Positions 29,751 to 39,514 of a stretch of 64,000 nt of DNA are shown here, piece after piece. Origin of the DNA: an uncultured Desulfatibacillum sp. (GTDB lineage: Bacteria > Desulfobacterota > Desulfobacteria > Desulfobacterales > SpSt-501). The stretch lies in the NCBI GenBank assembly GCA_964573635.1, contig CAZNKG010000007.1, positions 15,993 through 79,992 of the forward strand, read 5' to 3'. Position numbers and translations under genes: made by a program. The first letter of the stretch is position 1; the number at the start of each line of letters is the position of its first letter. The notes beneath the pieces are model-generated. The model did not search any database. It was not told the DNA's origin and saw only the letters and a list, made by a program, of their open reading frames with translations.

Positions 29751-31043
29751 ATGCGCTATGCGCCGATCGACCCCGCGCTCTTCGTCGAAAACCGGCGCAA
29801 GCTCGCCGGCCGCATCCCGCCGAAGGCGCTCGTCGTCCTGCACTCGAACGACGTCATGCCCAAAAGCGCCGACGGGGTGCACCCCTTCGTGCAGCAGACC
29901 GACCTCTTCTATCTCTGCGGCATCGACCAGGAGGAGACCGTCCTGCTCCTTTTTCCCGACGCCCGGGAAGAGCGGCACCGCGAGGTCCTCTTCGTGCGCG
30001 AAACCAGCCCGCAGATCGAGCTGTGGGAGGGCAAGCGCCTCACGCGGGAGGAGGCCCGGGCGGTGTCCGGCGTGGCGCACGTCTGCGGGACGGCCGAGTT
30101 CGACGCCCTCTTCCGCGCGCTCGCCCTGCAGGCCGAGCGGATCTACCTCAACGCGAACGAGCACCTGCGGGCGTCGAGCCCGGTCGAGACCCGGGATGCC
30201 CGCTTCGCCAAGCGGTGCCGGGAGGCGTTTCCCCTGCACCGCTACGAGCGCCTGGCGCCCATCATGCATGCGCTGCGGGCGATCAAGTCCCCCGTCGAGA
30301 TCGCGCTGATCCGCGAGGCGGCCGCGATCACCGCCGCCGCCTTCCGGCGCCTGCTCGGCTTCATCCGGCCGGGGGTCTGGGAGTTCGAGATCGAGGCCGA
30401 AATCGTCCACGAGTTCCTGCGCCGGCGCTCGCGCGGCCCGGCCTTTCAGACCATCGCCGCCTCCGGCCCCGGGGCCTGCACCCTGCACTACGTCTCGAAC
30501 GACCGGCGCCTGCAGGACGGCGAGCTGGTGCTGCTCGACTTCGGCGCGGAATACGCGAACTACAGCGCCGATCTCAGCCGCACGCTGCCCGTGAACGGAC
30601 GCTTCACCCCGCGGCAGCGCCAGGTCTACGACGCCGTGCTGCGCGTCCAGAAGGCCGCCATCGAGATGCTGCGGCCGGGAAACACCCTGGAGACCTACCA
30701 CGCCGAAGTCGGCCGGCGCATGGAATCCGAGCTGATCGGCCTCGGGCTGCTCGATCCGGCCGCCGTCGCCGCCCAATCCCCGGAGAAGCCGCTCTACCGC
30801 GACTACTTCCCCCACGGGACCTCCCACCACCTCGGGCTGGACGTCCACGACGTGGGCGACAAACACCGGCCCTTCGAAGCCGGCATGGTGCTCACCTGCG
30901 AGCCGGGGATCTACATCCGCGAGGAGGGCATCGGCGTGCGCATCGAAAACGACATCCTGATCACCGACGAAGGCCCGCTGGACCTGACCGCCGGGGTGCC
31001 CCGCGAGGCCGAGGAGATCGAGGCGCTCATGGCCGGCGCCTGA
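29751..31043 (+). CDS. pepP: Xaa-Pro aminopeptidase (M24B family)
   Basis: N-terminal creatinase/prolidase domain and C-terminal M24 domain, with metal ligands in LLDFGAEYANYSADLSRT, HGTSHHLGLDVHD and EPGIYI...GVRIEND. Confidence 0.85.
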   Translation: MRYAPIDPALFVENRRKLAGRIPPKALVVLHSNDVMPKSADGVHPFVQQTDLFYLCGIDQEETVLLLFPDAREERHREVLFVRETSPQIELWEGKRLTREEARAVSGVAHVCGTAEFDALFRALALQAERIYLNANEHLRASSPVETRDARFAKRCREAFPLHRYERLAPIMHALRAIKSPVEIALIREAAAITAAAFRRLLGFIRPGVWEFEIEAEIVHEFLRRRSRGPAFQTIAASGPGACTLHYVSNDRRLQDGELVLLDFGAEYANYSADLSRTLPVNGRFTPRQRQVYDAVLRVQKAAIEMLRPGNTLETYHAEVGRRMESELIGLGLLDPAAVAAQSPEKPLYRDYFPHGTSHHLGLDVHDVGDKHRPFEAGMVLTCEPGIYIREEGIGVRIENDILITDEGPLDLTAGVPREAEEIEALMAGA

Positions 31044-31087
31044 CGGCGCCGGGCAGGCCGCCCGCAACCGCGGATCGGGCCAAAATC

Positions 31088-32197
31088 ATGGGAAAAGCGC
31101 TCGTCATCGCCGGCGCCGGACACGCCCACCTCGCGGTGCTGAAGCACCTCGAGGAGCTCACCGCCCGCGGCCACCGCGTGACCGTGGTCGGCCCCGGACG
31201 CTTCCACTACTACTCCGGCATGGGGCCGGGGATGCTCGCGGGGATCTACCGTCCCGAGGAGATCCGCTTCGATGTGGCCGCCATGGCCCGGCGGCGGGGG
31301 GCGGCGTTCGTGGAAGACCGCGTGGTCCGCATCGACCCGCGGAAGCGGCGCATCGTGCTCGCAGGCGGCGCGGAGCTTCCCTACGATATCGCCTCCTTCA
31401 ACACCGGCAGCCACGTGCCGGTCGCCCCGCCGCTCCAGGGCGGCGGCGGGGCGCTCGTGCCGGTCAAGCCGATCGAAAACCTCCGCGACACCCGCGAGCG
31501 GATATCCGCCCGCCTGGCGGCCGGCGCCGACCTCGCGCTGGTCGTGGCCGGCGGCGGGGCGGCGGGGCTCGAGGTGGCGGCGAACCTCGCGCGCCTTTCC
31601 GCCGGCTTTCCGGGGCGCGCCGCCATCACCCTGGCGGCCGCCCGCCGGCTGATGCCCGAGGCCCCGCCCGGCGTCCGCCGGCGCGCGATGAAAAGCCTCT
31701 CGCGCCGCGGGGTGGCGGTGCGCGAGGGGGCGCGCGTCAACGCCTTCCGGGACCGGACGGCGGAGCTTGCGAGCGGCGACCGGCTCGCCTGCGATTTCCT
31801 GTTTCTCGCCGCGGGGGTGCGCCCCGGGCCGCTTTTCGCGGCGTCGGGGATTCCCACCGGCGGCGACGGCGGGCTGCTCGTCAACGCCCGGCTGCAGTCG
31901 GTCGCGCACCCGGAGATCTTCGGCGGGGGGGACTGCATCTGCTTCGGGCCCCGCCCGATCGCGCGCGTCGGGGTCTATGCCGTGCGCCAGAACCCGATCC
32001 TGCGCGCCAATCTCGCCGCCGCGCTCGACGGCGGCCGGCTCCTCGAATTCCAGCCGCAGAAAGACTACCTGCTCGCTTTCAACCTGGGCGACGGCACGGC
32101 CATCGTGTGCTGGAAGGGGCTCGTCTTCGGCGGGCGCCTCGGCTTTCTTCTGAAGGACTACCTCGACCGGCGCTTCATGCGGATGTTTCGGGAGTGA
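31088..32197 (+). CDS. FAD-dependent pyridine nucleotide-disulfide oxidoreductase family protein
   Basis: The start MGKALVIAGAGHAHLAVLK...YYSGMGPGMLAGIY resembles, from memory, the subfamily often found N-terminal to or next to SelD. A second dinucleotide fold is LVVAGGGAAGLE. The track ORF 30023..32197 over-extends, so I use the ATG at 31088. Confidence 0.7.
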   Translation: MGKALVIAGAGHAHLAVLKHLEELTARGHRVTVVGPGRFHYYSGMGPGMLAGIYRPEEIRFDVAAMARRRGAAFVEDRVVRIDPRKRRIVLAGGAELPYDIASFNTGSHVPVAPPLQGGGGALVPVKPIENLRDTRERISARLAAGADLALVVAGGGAAGLEVAANLARLSAGFPGRAAITLAAARRLMPEAPPGVRRRAMKSLSRRGVAVREGARVNAFRDRTAELASGDRLACDFLFLAAGVRPGPLFAASGIPTGGDGGLLVNARLQSVAHPEIFGGGDCICFGPRPIARVGVYAVRQNPILRANLAAALDGGRLLEFQPQKDYLLAFNLGDGTAIVCWKGLVFGGRLGFLLKDYLDRRFMRMFRE

Positions 32198-32237
32198 GCG
32201 GCCCCGCCGGGGCGAACCGGCCCTCGCAACGCGGGCG

Positions 32238-34295
32238 TCAGCCGGCGGCGCCCGACCGCAGGTGGATCTCGCGCTGCGGAAAGGGGATGTCGATCCCCGC
32301 CTGCTTGAGCGCCTCGAAGATCGAAAAATAGAGGTTGCTCTGCACCACCCGCTCGGCGTGCAGGCGGATGTCTATCGGCACCACCAGCAGAAAGTCGAGC
32401 GCGCTCTCCCCGAAGCCCTTGAAAAGGACCCGGGGCTTCTCCCCGCGCGCGACCGTGGGCTCGGCCTCGGCGGCCGCGAGCAGGATCCTTTCGACCTCGC
32501 GCGGGTCGGCGCTGTAGGCGACCCCCACCGGAAGCGCGCTCCAGACGAGCGGCGAGGAGAGCGAGTAGTTCGCCACCGTGTTCGACAAGAGCGTCGAGTT
32601 CGGGATGAGGTATTCGACGTTGCCGCGGGTGCGGACCCGGGTGGACATTAGGTGGATGTCCGTCACGACGCCGAGCTCGGCATCGACCTTGATCCAGTCC
32701 CCTTTGCGGATCCTGCCGGCGAAGATGATGATCAGCCCCGAGATGAGGTGCGCGGCCATGTTCTGCAGCCCCAGGCCGATCCCCACCCCGATCGCGCCCG
32801 CGAAGACCAGGAGGACGCTCAGGTCCACCCCGAGCGTGTTCAGCGCGGCGAGCAGCCCGATGCCGGTCGCCGCGAGCCCCACGAGGGTGTTGATCGCGTA
32901 GCCGGGGCCGGCCGCGACCCCGAGCGCCGGGTAGACCTTGAAGTCCAGGGCGGCCTTGAGCAGCTGCGCGCCGTAGATGAAGAAGAGCAGCACGAGCAGC
33001 GCCTGGATCACGGTCCAGAGGGTGAGCGCGCTTCCGCCCACCCGCAGCACCTGGAAGGAGAGCAGGCGCGCGATCGGCTCGAGCAGGCCGATCATGTTGA
33101 GCAGGAGGCTTGCGGCGGCGACCACGGCGCCATACAGGATGAACCGCTGCGCGGAGCGGATGAAGCCGTGGGCCGATTCGGTCGATCCCGGCGCCCGGGC
33201 GGCCCACCGGTTCAAACCCAGCCGCAGGGCGTGGTAGACGAGCGCGAGCAGGACGAGGGCGCCGACCGTGGACCAGATCTTGACCAGCAGCAGGCGCCCG
33301 AGGGCCCGGTACCCGAAGCACCAGGCGAGCGCGAGCACGAAGGAGAGCCCGATCAACGGGTAGTAGTAGCGCTTCAGGATGCCGGCGTAGCGCCGGTAGC
33401 TCGCATAGGGCAGCTCGGGCAGGAAGGCGACGAGCGACCGCTTCTGGATCACCAGGAGCAGGAAAAGGCAGACGAGCGAAATCGAGAAAGCGAAGCGCAG
33501 GAAGGCGAGCACGTCCCGGCGGAAGACGAAGGCCTCCGCCGCGGCGAGCAGGCTGAGGCAGGCGGCGGCGTAGAAAATCAGCAGTCGCAGCCAGCGGAAC
33601 ACCCGCGGGCCCTGCGCCGCCGTGACCGCGAAGAGCCCGCCCGCCAAAAGCTCTTCGAAAAAGCGGACGGCAAGCGCGGCGCCGGCCCAGATCCAGAGCA
33701 GGCTGCCGGCCAGCCGGAACCAGGCGGCGTTGTAGATGATCGCCTGGTTTATGAGCGTGTAGGCCCCGAGCAGGAGGAGCGGGATCGCGGCCGCCACGAC
33801 CACCCGCACCGCCGCGAGCAGCACGGGAGGGACCCCCGGCGGCAGCCGCCGGCCATAGGGCTCGGCGAGCGCGGCGATCCGCCGCATGACGCGCTGCCGG
33901 CCGAAGAGGCTGTAGATCACGGCGGCGAGAAAGGTTGTGATCAGAATCGAGCCGGCGATCCCGAGCAGGCGGCCGTGGGCCGCGACCTCGCGCATCAGCT
34001 CCGGGACCCGCAGGGGCAGCGCCAGGATCCAAGCGACCAGGTAGTCGATGGTCTGGAAGTCCCAGCCGAGCGGGGAGCGGACGAACAGCGATGCCGCCTG
34101 CTTCTGGAGCTCGAGCTTCACCTCGGCGGCCTCCCGGGTGATCGTCTCGCCGACCTTGTCGGGCAGGGCGATCGCCGGCGGGGCCGGTTCGGCCGCCGCG
34201 GCGGGTGCGCTCGGCTCTTCGGCGCCGGCCGCGGCCGCGAAGGCGAGCAGGAGCGCGCCGAAGACAAGCGCCGCGATGGCGGGCAGCGATCTCAC
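32238..34295 (-). CDS. mechanosensitive ion channel family protein (MscS/MscK-like, multi-TM, periplasmic N-terminal domain)
   Basis: Signal peptide, about 10 hydrophobic helices, and the conserved MscS core (FAGAIGVGIGLGLQNMAAHLISGLIIIFAGRIRKGDWI) with a C-terminal beta domain. Confidence 0.85.
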   Translation of the reverse strand: MRSLPAIAALVFGALLLAFAAAAGAEEPSAPAAAAEPAPPAIALPDKVGETITREAAEVKLELQKQAASLFVRSPLGWDFQTIDYLVAWILALPLRVPELMREVAAHGRLLGIAGSILITTFLAAVIYSLFGRQRVMRRIAALAEPYGRRLPPGVPPVLLAAVRVVVAAAIPLLLLGAYTLINQAIIYNAAWFRLAGSLLWIWAGAALAVRFFEELLAGGLFAVTAAQGPRVFRWLRLLIFYAAACLSLLAAAEAFVFRRDVLAFLRFAFSISLVCLFLLLVIQKRSLVAFLPELPYASYRRYAGILKRYYYPLIGLSFVLALAWCFGYRALGRLLLVKIWSTVGALVLLALVYHALRLGLNRWAARAPGSTESAHGFIRSAQRFILYGAVVAAASLLLNMIGLLEPIARLLSFQVLRVGGSALTLWTVIQALLVLLFFIYGAQLLKAALDFKVYPALGVAAGPGYAINTLVGLAATGIGLLAALNTLGVDLSVLLVFAGAIGVGIGLGLQNMAAHLISGLIIIFAGRIRKGDWIKVDAELGVVTDIHLMSTRVRTRGNVEYLIPNSTLLSNTVANYSLSSPLVWSALPVGVAYSADPREVERILLAAAEAEPTVARGEKPRVLFKGFGESALDFLLVVPIDIRLHAERVVQSNLYFSIFEALKQAGIDIPFPQREIHLRSGAAG

Positions 34296-34298
34296 GGC

Positions 34299-35087
34299 CT
34301 ACCGCGCGGAGAGGAACTCGAGGAGGTGGCGGTTGAACCGCTCGGCCGCCTCGATGTTGTTCAGGTGGAGCATCTTGGGGATCACGGCGAGCTGCGCGCC
34401 GGGGATGCGCGCCTGGATCGCCTGGGAGGCGGCGAGCGGCGTCCCGGGGTCATCCTCGCCGACGATGACGAGCGTCGGCCGGTCGATCTCCTGCAGCCGC
34501 TCGAGGGTCTTCAGCCCCCGGAGGGCCTCGGTGCAGGCGGCGTAGCCCTCGACGGGGGTCGCGAGGAACTGGCGGCGGATGGCCTGCACCTCGGGGGGGT
34601 TGCGCTTGAGAAACGGCGGCGTGAACCAGCGGGCGAGCGTGCCCTCCACGAGCGCCGCGAGCCCCTCGCGCCGGGCGGTGTCGATGCGCTCCTGGATGAC
34701 GGGCTGGGCCGCGGCGGGGATCTCCGCCGAGGTGCTGCACAGGACCAGGCGCGAGAGCCGCTCCGGGTGGGCCAGCGCGAGCATCTGGCCGATCATACCG
34801 CCCAGGGAGAGGCCGACGAAGTGCACCGTCTCGATCGCGAGCGCATCGAGCAGCGCCACGGCGTCGTCGGCGAGCGCTTCGAGCGTGTAGGGCCCCGGCG
34901 GCGTCTGGCTGCCGCCGTGGCCGCGGATGTCGTAGCGCAGGACCCGGAAGTGCGGCTCCAGGGCCGGGAGCTGCGGCCCCCACATGACCGCGCTCGAGCC
35001 GAGGCAGTGGCTCAACATCACGACGGGGGCGCCCGCGGCCCCGGAGAGCTCGAACCAGGTGGCGATCGTTCGCGTTGGCTTCAGCAT
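34299..35087 (-). CDS. alpha/beta hydrolase, 3-oxoadipate enol-lactonase (PcaD)-like
   Basis: AGGAGG SD upstream of the ATG at 35087 (MLKPTR...). Motifs include VVMLSHCLG, YDIRGHGGS, the nucleophile elbow GLSLGG, a GEDD segment and a C-terminal His. The track ORF 34299..35957 is over-extended. Confidence 0.7.
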   Translation of the reverse strand: MLKPTRTIATWFELSGAAGAPVVMLSHCLGSSAVMWGPQLPALEPHFRVLRYDIRGHGGSQTPPGPYTLEALADDAVALLDALAIETVHFVGLSLGGMIGQMLALAHPERLSRLVLCSTSAEIPAAAQPVIQERIDTARREGLAALVEGTLARWFTPPFLKRNPPEVQAIRRQFLATPVEGYAACTEALRGLKTLERLQEIDRPTLVIVGEDDPGTPLAASQAIQARIPGAQLAVIPKMLHLNNIEAAERFNRHLLEFLSAR

Positions 35088-35140
35088 GCCAGCTCCTCCT
35101 GACATGGCGCCTTCCGGCGCCGCTATCGGGGCAAGGGCGT

Positions 35141-36142
35141 TCAGGCCGGAAGCGGCCGGCGGCACAGCTCCCCGGCGACCTGTTCGATCAGGCGCGCGAG
35201 CTTCCGCGAGTCGTGCCGCACCACGCCGCCGGAGGCGTCCAGCAGATCCGCGGCGTAGATTCGGCGGTCCCCCCAGCAGGGCTCCCCGCGGTCGATCTCG
35301 ACGAATTCGGCCTTCTGGGCCCGGTACTGCTCGATGACCTCCGCGGGGGGCCGCGTCGCGTTGTAGAGCACGACATCCACCGGCCGGCCGAGGAAGCGCT
35401 CGAGGTGGACGATGAAATCCCAGCCCGAGAAGTTGTGCGTCTCGCCGAACTTCGTCATGATGTTGACGACGTAGACGATGCGCGCGCGGCTCTTGCGGAA
35501 GGCCTCCTTCACCCCCGGCACGATCAGCCCGGAGATGATGCTGGTGAAGAGGTCCCCCGGGCCGATGACGATCAAGTCGGCCCACCAGGCGGCATCGATC
35601 ACCGGCGGGTAGACCCCGATCGCGTCGCTGTGGTGCGGAACGAGGAAGACGTCGCGGATCTTCTCGCGCTGCGTCCCGCGCGGCACGTCGATCGCTTTCT
35701 CGCCGAAGATGCGGGTCCCGTCGGTCAGCTCGGCGACGAGGGTCGCCGGGTCGATGGTCACCGGCAGGATGCGCCCGCGCACGTCGAGGATCTCGGCGAG
35801 CGCCTGCACCCCGGCAGGGAAGCTCCCGGTGTAGCGCGAGAGCATCGTGAGCAGCATGTTGCCGGCGTTGTGCCCCTTCAGGCGCCGGTCCTCGATGAAG
35901 CGCTTGAGCAGGAGCGCGCGCGCCATCTCGCGGTGCGGCGAGAGCGCGACGATGCACTTCAGGATGTCGCCCGGCGGCAGGATGCCGAGCTCGTCGCGCA
36001 GCCGGCCCGTGCTGCCGCCGCTGTCCACCATCGAGACCACCGCGGTGATCTCGATGCCGGCGACGTCCCGCAGCCCGGAGAGCAGCGCGAACTGGCCGCT
36101 GCCGCCGCCGAGGGTCAGCACCTTGACGGGCTCATGCTCCAT
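35141..36142 (-). CDS. YvcK/CofD-family protein (gluconeogenesis factor-like)
   Basis: Starts KVLTLGGGSGQFALLSGL, then VSMVDSGGSTGRLRDELGILPPGD, the YvcK family signature. Its start overlaps the 3-prime end of the AOR gene by 11 nt. Confidence 0.8.
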   Translation of the reverse strand: MEHEPVKVLTLGGGSGQFALLSGLRDVAGIEITAVVSMVDSGGSTGRLRDELGILPPGDILKCIVALSPHREMARALLLKRFIEDRRLKGHNAGNMLLTMLSRYTGSFPAGVQALAEILDVRGRILPVTIDPATLVAELTDGTRIFGEKAIDVPRGTQREKIRDVFLVPHHSDAIGVYPPVIDAAWWADLIVIGPGDLFTSIISGLIVPGVKEAFRKSRARIVYVVNIMTKFGETHNFSGWDFIVHLERFLGRPVDVVLYNATRPPAEVIEQYRAQKAEFVEIDRGEPCWGDRRIYAADLLDASGGVVRHDSRKLARLIEQVAGELCRRPLPA

Positions 36143-38045
36143 GGGCGCTCAAGAGCTCCTCGACCCACTCGAGCCCCGCGGCGAGAAGCCTCCCCGGAAG
36201 CGGGCGGCCGCTCGCCGGGTCGCAGCCGACCAGGTCGTAGTATTTTCTCCGGGCCGCGTCGAACTCCTCGGCCGTGAAGATCCGCCGGCCGCGGTCGGGA
36301 CCGCCCGCCTTGGGCTCGAAGAGCCGCCCCGGCAGCCGATCGTCGGCGGTCGTGAACCCCTCGCGGGCGTTGAAGGCCCGGGCGATGAGCGTCCCGCGCT
36401 CGGCGGACTGCATCAAATCGTAGAGGCTCGCCTCCCAGCCGGTCGCCGCGCGGATGCAGCCGACGAGGGTCTCGATCGGCATGGCCCCGCGCGGGGCGAA
36501 GCCGAAGACGCAAAGCCCCAGCGCGTCGAGCATTTTCCAGTAGGTTTCGAGCGCGGCGAAGCTGCGCAGCTTATCGTTCGAAAGCGCCGTCGCCGGCATG
36601 CCGCGCAGGATGCCGAGCGGGGCGGCCGACTTGAGCGACCAGGAGGCCTCGTCGACGAAACTCGGGTCGTGCGGCGCGTTCATGTGGTCGGCGCCGTAGG
36701 TGCACAGCGCGTAGCTCAAGCCGACCCCGGCCTTGATCCGCGGGTCGTGCAGCGGCAGCTCCTGCCCCTTGACGCAGAGGCAGAAGGGCGCGTCGGCGAC
36801 CCCCCACGCGGCGGCGAGCCGCGCCGTTCCCTCGGCGAGAAGATCGCCGAAGCCCTCGCGCCGCGCGGTCATCTCGAGCAGCCGCAGCATCAGGGCGGGA
36901 TCGCCGAAGGCGAGCTCGATCCCGCCGGTGTCCCGCGCGGTGATGATCCCCTTCTCGAAGCACTCGCAGGCGAAGGCGATCGTCATGCCGGCGGAGATCG
37001 TGTCCATGCCGGTGCGGTTGCAGATCTCGTTGCCCTTGGCGACGGCTTTCAGGTCGAGGATCCGCAGGTTGGTCCCCAGGGCGGCGATCGTCTCGTACTC
37101 CGGCCCGCCGTAGCGGCCGTCGACCCCGTAGACCGGGTCCTCGAGGGCGATTCCCCGCTTGCACATGATCGGGCAGGCGTGGCAGCCCTTGCGCTTCTTG
37201 AGCAGCAGCCGGTTGTAGCGCTCGCCGCCCATCGCCGCCGCGTCGTCGAGGGAGCCGGCGCGGAAATTGTCGACCGGCAGCCCGCCGGCCGCCGAAAGGA
37301 GCTCGGGGAAGGCGGTCGTACCGTAGGTGTAGAGCGCGTCCCCGGCGGGGTTGTCGCGGAAGCTCTTGGCGTAGCCGGTCGCCGTGCGGCGCAGGAACTC
37401 CGGATCGTGAAGCGCGATCTCGCCGCCGCCGAGGGCGGCGACCCCTCGCAAGTTCTTCGACCCCATGACCGCGCCGAAGCCGTTGCGCCCGTTGAAGTGG
37501 CCGAGGTTGTTTCCGATGTTCGCGAAGCGCACGCGCCGCATCCCGGCGGGGCCGGCCTGGGCGACGCGGATCTTGTCGCTTCCGTGCGCGCGCCGCACCC
37601 CCTCCTCGAAGGCCGCCGTCTCGACCATGGCAAGCTCCCCGGCCTCGCGGATCTCGGCGCGCCCGTCGGTCACCCAGAGGTAGACCGGCACCTCCGCGCG
37701 GCCGCGGATCACCACGGCGTCGAACCCCGCCTTTTTCAGCTCCGGCCCGAAGAAGCCGGCGGCCTCCGACTCGCCGGCGCGCCCGGTGAGCGGGCTCTTT
37801 CCCACGGCGGCGAACCGGCAGGCGGCGGCGATGGGCACGCCGGTCATGACCCCGGTGGCGAGCACGAGGACATTCTCCTTGGCGAGCGCATCCACCCCGG
37901 CGGCCATCCCCTGCATGAGGTAATGGTAGCCGATCCCGCGGCCGCCGAGGTAGGCCCGGTAGAAGAGCGGGTCGGGCGTTTCGACCTCGACGGCCTGCCG
38001 GTCGAGATCAACGTGCAGGATCCTGCCGACGAATCCCAGGGACAT
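36132..38045 (-). CDS. aor: aldehyde:ferredoxin oxidoreductase (tungstopterin AOR family)
   Basis: N-terminal GRILHVDL...YLGGRGIGYHYL, the Fe-S and pterin-binding region RKGCHACPIMCKR, and the GGPEYETIAALG motif characteristic of bona fide AOR enzymes. Confidence 0.88.
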   Translation of the reverse strand: MSLGFVGRILHVDLDRQAVEVETPDPLFYRAYLGGRGIGYHYLMQGMAAGVDALAKENVLVLATGVMTGVPIAAACRFAAVGKSPLTGRAGESEAAGFFGPELKKAGFDAVVIRGRAEVPVYLWVTDGRAEIREAGELAMVETAAFEEGVRRAHGSDKIRVAQAGPAGMRRVRFANIGNNLGHFNGRNGFGAVMGSKNLRGVAALGGGEIALHDPEFLRRTATGYAKSFRDNPAGDALYTYGTTAFPELLSAAGGLPVDNFRAGSLDDAAAMGGERYNRLLLKKRKGCHACPIMCKRGIALEDPVYGVDGRYGGPEYETIAALGTNLRILDLKAVAKGNEICNRTGMDTISAGMTIAFACECFEKGIITARDTGGIELAFGDPALMLRLLEMTARREGFGDLLAEGTARLAAAWGVADAPFCLCVKGQELPLHDPRIKAGVGLSYALCTYGADHMNAPHDPSFVDEASWSLKSAAPLGILRGMPATALSNDKLRSFAALETYWKMLDALGLCVFGFAPRGAMPIETLVGCIRAATGWEASLYDLMQSAERGTLIARAFNAREGFTTADDRLPGRLFEPKAGGPDRGRRIFTAEEFDAARRKYYDLVGCDPASGRPLPGRLLAAGLEWVEELLSAHGA

Positions 38046-38328
38046 TCGCGGACCTCCGCTGCCGGTGAAATCCGGGCCGCATCGAGCGCCGCCGGGCGAC
38101 CGCGGGCTCGTGCGCCGGCGCGACGGCGGGTGTTCGAGCGGCCTTCGCCCTTTGAATATCCGGCAGGGCTTGAGGTGTCAAGCGCTCCGCGATGGACCCC
38201 GGCGCGGGGACGGCCCGCTTGACCCCCGCGGTGGATCGGCCTATAGTCCCGCCGCCGCCCCCCTCGAAGGCGCCGGCCCGGCGGGACGCGGCGGGCGGGA
38301 AAATAACGATTCGGAAGGAGCAACCCCC

Positions 38329-39264
38329 ATGAAGGTAGCCGTCATCGGAACGGGAGTGATGGGGCGCGGCTGGATCACCCAGTGCGCCATGACCGGAAAC
38401 GAGGTGCACTGCTGGGATGCGAACGCCGAGATCCTGGCCGGGACCGTCGCGGCCTGCATCGATCTGGCCTCCAAGACCGCCAAGCGCTTCAAGATGGCCG
38501 ACCCCGAGCTTCCCGCCCAGACCGGCCGGCGCATCACGACCTACACCGACAAGGCGGCCTTCATGGAGGCGGCCAAGGGCTGCGAGGTCTTCCTGGAGGT
38601 GATCTTCGAGGACATGAACCTCAAGCGCCGCGTTCTGGGCGAGCTTCTGCCGCAGCTGCCCGAGAAGGTCGTCTTCTGGTCGAACACCTCGAGCCTCGAC
38701 ATCGACGTGATGGCCGAGGCCGGGGGGCGTCCCGACCGCTCGATCATCACCCACGGCTTCAACCCCGTGCCGATGATGGCCGGGGTGGAGGTCGTCCCGG
38801 GGGTCAAGACCAGCGCCGCGACCATCGAGTTCACGCGCCGGGCCCTGCTGGAGATGAAGAAGGTGCCGTTCCTCGCGCCCAACATCCCCGGGTTCTGGGT
38901 GAACCGCCTGCTGCTGCCCTGGATCCTCGACGCCCTGCGCCTCCTCGAGCAGGGGAAGATCAAGGTGGAGGACGGGGACCTCGGGCTGAACACGAGCCTC
39001 GGCCATCCCCAGGGGGTCTTCAAGCTCCTCGACTTCGTGAGCACGGCGACCACCCTGAGGGTCGCGCTCGAGATGTACCGCGCCTCCAACGACCCGCGGC
39101 TCTACCCGCCGCTCATCCTGATGCGGATGGTGAAGAACGGGGAGTTCGGCGCGACCGTCGGCAAGGGGTGCTACGACTGGAGCGACCCGCGCAATCCCAA
39201 GGCGCGCGACCTGTCGCACTACGTGGTGGGCGCGGCGGAGGACATGACCGCCCCTTTGACGTAA
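38329..39264 (+). CDS. 3-hydroxyacyl-CoA dehydrogenase family protein (NAD-binding)
   Basis: GGAAGGAG SD at 38313-38320. Starts MKVAVIGTGVMGRGW (Rossmann fold). The EVIFEDMNLKR and NTSSL motifs are typical of HCDH/Hbd-type enzymes. Confidence 0.75.
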   Translation: MKVAVIGTGVMGRGWITQCAMTGNEVHCWDANAEILAGTVAACIDLASKTAKRFKMADPELPAQTGRRITTYTDKAAFMEAAKGCEVFLEVIFEDMNLKRRVLGELLPQLPEKVVFWSNTSSLDIDVMAEAGGRPDRSIITHGFNPVPMMAGVEVVPGVKTSAATIEFTRRALLEMKKVPFLAPNIPGFWVNRLLLPWILDALRLLEQGKIKVEDGDLGLNTSLGHPQGVFKLLDFVSTATTLRVALEMYRASNDPRLYPPLILMRMVKNGEFGATVGKGCYDWSDPRNPKARDLSHYVVGAAEDMTAPLT

Positions 39265-39311
39265 CCCGCGGCGCCCCCTGGGGTTAGCGGGGGGCGTTCC
39301 AGGAGGCCCGC

Positions 39312-39497
39312 TTGACCCCCCAGGAGATCCGCGAGGCCCTCGCGCAGGTCGAGGCCGAGATCCGCGAGGTCGAACGGCGCTTGCCGGCCCACTCGGCCAA
39401 GCCGCCGATCATGCAGGCGCTCTTCGAGCTCGAGGACCGGCGCGACGCGCTGTTGAAAGCCCTGGCCGCGGCGGAGGAAAAGCCGCCCCCGGCCTGA
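39312..39497 (+). CDS. small helical protein, 61 aa (hypothetical)
   Basis: TTG start with a perfect AGGAGG at 39301-39306 (5-nt spacer). The sequence is charged and coiled-coil-like (EIREALAQVEAEIREVERRL...LFELEDRRDALLKAL). No family recognised. Confidence 0.4.
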   Translation: MTPQEIREALAQVEAEIREVERRLPAHSAKPPIMQALFELEDRRDALLKALAAAEEKPPPA

Positions 39498-39514
39498 CGC
39501 CGGCCGCCGGGGGG

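Noticed and set aside
36132-38045. The idea that the AOR-family gene is BamB, the tungsten-containing catalytic subunit of class II benzoyl-CoA reductase, given bamA in the same window.
   Set aside because: The protein has the motifs and co-linearity of ordinary aldehyde:ferredoxin oxidoreductases (GGPEYETIAALG, N-terminal AOR domain). No BamC-I-like genes flank it, and its neighbours are yvcK and an unrelated dehydrogenase.
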